Shown in pieces: positions 16,798 through 18,926 of a stretch of 18,926 nucleotides of DNA. Every line of letters begins with the position of its first letter. Position 1 is the first letter of the stretch. The translations under genes and the position numbers were made by a program. Under the pieces are notes generated by a model, which had not been told where the DNA came from, did no database searches, and was given only the letters and a program-made list of their open reading frames with translations. The stretch comes from Nitrospirota bacterium (GTDB lineage Bacteria; Nitrospirota; JACRHJ01): NCBI GenBank assembly GCA_963733375.1, contig CAVTDB010000004.1, positions 1 to 18,926 on the forward strand, read 5' to 3'.

Positions 16798-17951
16798 TTC
16801 AGCCCCTTCAGCGCCTGTCTCGTCCTGTGCTCGTTCTCTATGAGTGCGAAGCGCACCCGGCCCTCGCCGTACTCTCCGAAGCCTATGCCCGGCGATACCG
16901 CGACCTTCGCCTCGGCAATCAGCATCTTCGAGAACTCAAGCGAGCCCAGATGCTTGAACTTCTCCGGTATCTTAGCCCATACGAACATAGTCGCGAGCGG
17001 CTTCGGCATATCCCAGCCTATCTTCGCCAGTCCGTCCACCAGACAGTCTCTTCGGACTCTGTAGACCTCCGTTATCTCCTTCACGCAGTCCTGCGGTCCG
17101 TTCAGCGCCGCTATCGCGGCTATCTGTATCGGCTGGAACATCCCGTAGTCCAGGTAGCTCTTTATCTTCTGGAGCGCGCCGACTATCTCCCTGTTACCGC
17201 AGCAGAAGCCCACGCGCCATCCCGGCATGTTGTAGCTCTTGGACATCGAGAAGAACTCGACACCGACGTCCTTCGCGCCTTTTACCTGAAGGAAGCTCGG
17301 GGCCTTGTACCCGTCGAATACCAGGTCGGCATAGGCGAGGTCATGGACGACGATGACCTTATGCTCTTTGGCGAACTCAACCACCTTCTCGAAGAACTCC
17401 AGGTCCACGGTTGCCGTGGTCGGGTTGTTCGGGAAGCTGATAATAAGCATCTTCGGCGCGGGCCATACCTGCCGGAACGCGGAGAGCATATCCTCGAAGA
17501 AATCCGAATCGCGCCGAAGCGGTATGTGCCGGACCTCGCCGCCCGCTATTACGACCGAATACGGGTGGATGGGATACGCCGGAGACGGGCAGAGGACTAC
17601 GTCCCCAGGCTCTATCGTCGCGAGCGCCAGGTGGCTTAAGCCCTCTTTCGCGCCCATCGTGGCGATCGCTTCCGTCTCCGGGTCGATATCCACGTCGTAG
17701 CGGCGCTTGTACCAGTCGGCGATTGCGGAGCGGAGCTTCGGTATCCCGCGGCTGGCGGAGTAGCGGTGGTTGCGCGGGTTATAAGCGGCCTCCACCAGTT
17801 TGTCCACGATGTGCTGGGGAGTGCCCATGTCCGGGTTCCCCATGCCGAAGTCTATGATGTCCTCGCCGCGCTTTCTGGCCTCCATCTTCATCTGGTTCAC
17901 GGCGGCGAACACGTAGGGCGGCAGGCGTTTTATCCTCGGGAAATCAAACAA
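16782..17951 (-). CDS. alaC: Class I/II PLP aminotransferase, AlaC/YfdZ-like
   Basis: [63 protein letters not shown]. Confidence 0.88.
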   Translation of the reverse strand: MFDFPRIKRLPPYVFAAVNQMKMEARKRGEDIIDFGMGNPDMGTPQHIVDKLVEAAYNPRNHRYSASRGIPKLRSAIADWYKRRYDVDIDPETEAIATMGAKEGLSHLALATIEPGDVVLCPSPAYPIHPYSVVIAGGEVRHIPLRRDSDFFEDMLSAFRQVWPAPKMLIISFPNNPTTATVDLEFFEKVVEFAKEHKVIVVHDLAYADLVFDGYKAPSFLQVKGAKDVGVEFFSMSKSYNMPGWRVGFCCGNREIVGALQKIKSYLDYGMFQPIQIAAIAALNGPQDCVKEITEVYRVRRDCLVDGLAKIGWDMPKPLATMFVWAKIPEKFKHLGSLEFSKMLIAEAKVAVSPGIGFGEYGEGRVRFALIENEHRTRQALKGLKKVLG

Positions 17952-17965
17952 AATAAAACCTCCGG

Positions 17966-18088
17966 TTATCTTTTCTTTTTGTATTTTTTCTTATATCGTT
18001 TCTTGCCTAATTTCCTGGCTATTATCAGCACGGCGACAAAGACGATTACCACCCCGAGAGTAAAATGATATATCTTGGATGCGTGCAC
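17966..18088 (-). CDS. Putative 40-aa single-pass membrane microprotein
   Basis: GTG 2 nt after the lipA stop: [40 protein letters not shown]; stops just before the alaC RBS, filling the spacer. Confidence 0.65.
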   Translation of the reverse strand: MHASKIYHFTLGVVIVFVAVLIIARKLGKKRYKKKYKKKR

Positions 18089-18090
18089 GG

Positions 18091-18926
18091 CTATCTCTTT
18101 ATCGCCGCAAAGACTTCTTCCGCGTTATACGAGCTCCGGACAAACGGCGCGGAGGCGACGGATAGAAACCCCATCCTTTTTCCGGTCTCAGCGTATCTCT
18201 CGAATACCTCCGGCAACACGTACTCCTCTACCTGCAGGTTCTCTTTCGACGGCCTTAAGTACTGGCCGATTGTCAGCAGGTCGCAGCCGGCGTCCCGAAG
18301 GTCGCGCATTACTGAGACGACCTCGTCCTCTCGCTCCCCCAGGCCCGCCATTATGCCGGACTTGACGTACACATCCGGGCTAAAGCTCTTCGCCGCGCGG
18401 AGCACTTTAAGAGAGCGCTCATAAACCGCCTGTGGGCGTACTTTCGGGTAGAGCCTCGGCACCGTCTCAAGGTTGTGGTTGAATATGTGCGGCCCGGCCT
18501 CTATGACTTTACGAAGCGCCGATGTAGACCCCTTAAAATCCGGGGTCAGTACCTCGACCACCAGCCCCGGGAACTCCCTCTTCAGGATACTTATGACCGC
18601 CTCGAAATGACCCGCGCCCCCGTCCGGCAGGTCGTCCCGGGTAACGGAGGTGATTACGGCATGTTTGAGGCCCAGCTTGCCAACCGCTATGGCGATATTG
18701 TCCGGCTCGGCGGGGTCAGGCGGCAGAGTAAGACCTTTTTTTACCGAGCAGAACCCGCACTGCCGGGTGCAGATCTCCCCCAGTATCATGAAGGTGGCCG
18801 TCGGCTTTTTGAAGCACTCGCCGATGTTCGGGCACTTTGCCGACTCGCAGACCGTATGGAGGCCAAGCTCACGCAGCTTGGCCTTGACCGCGGCCAGTTC
18901 GCCTATATTGTATTTTTTCCGCGCGT
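18091..18926 (-). CDS. lipA: Lipoyl synthase (5' end outside window)
   Basis: [12 protein letters not shown] (CX4CX5C) upstream of the listed ORF in the same frame, CTRQCGFC radical-SAM motif, NHNLETV, RSSY. Confidence 0.97.
   Translation of the reverse strand, partial: ARKKYNIGELAAVKAKLRELGLHTVCESAKCPNIGECFKKPTATFMILGEICTRQCGFCSVKKGLTLPPDPAEPDNIAIAVGKLGLKHAVITSVTRDDLPDGGAGHFEAVISILKREFPGLVVEVLTPDFKGSTSALRKVIEAGPHIFNHNLETVPRLYPKVRPQAVYERSLKVLRAAKSFSPDVYVKSGIMAGLGEREDEVVSVMRDLRDAGCDLLTIGQYLRPSKENLQVEEYVLPEVFERYAETGKRMGFLSVASAPFVRSSYNAEEVFAAIKR

Noticed and set aside
17966-17978. AAAGAAAAGATAA shared by the microprotein and ybeY 3' ends
   Set aside because: Low-complexity Lys/Arg codons plus stop; not informative.
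589-18424. Numerous long plus-strand and alternate-frame ORFs in the track
   Set aside because: They overlap well-identified minus-strand genes and have no recognisable motifs; shadow ORFs are expected at this GC and codon bias.

Overview
A co-directional (minus-strand) housekeeping region of a ~60% GC Gram-negative bacterium. The gene order (alaC-hom-thrC-apgM-lysC; tonB/tolA-tolB-pal-cpoB; htpX-phoH-7TM/HD-ybeY-dgkA/PAP2-ftsY) suggests Nitrospirota or a deltaproteobacterial lineage (inference). Many core genes carry small indels, often in G runs, and isolated substitutions at conserved residues, which looks like long-read consensus error rather than real decay. The main accessory signal is three promoterless, tightly abutting toxin-antitoxin-like gene pairs (hicB-hicA, DUF4258-YgiT zinc finger, hicB-hicA plus an ankyrin gene) at three consecutive junctions of the threonine operon. 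Both hicBA pairs begin right after a near-identical 27-28 nt motif spanning the stop codon of the unrelated upstream genes. Other observations: three different REP-like palindromes stacked in the tonB-tolB spacer, an in-frame TAG separating a low-GC TonB/TolA C-terminal domain, an unannotated 40-aa membrane microprotein, and an orphan CpsB-type phosphatase. No rRNA, tRNA, CRISPR, integrase or transposase was recognised.
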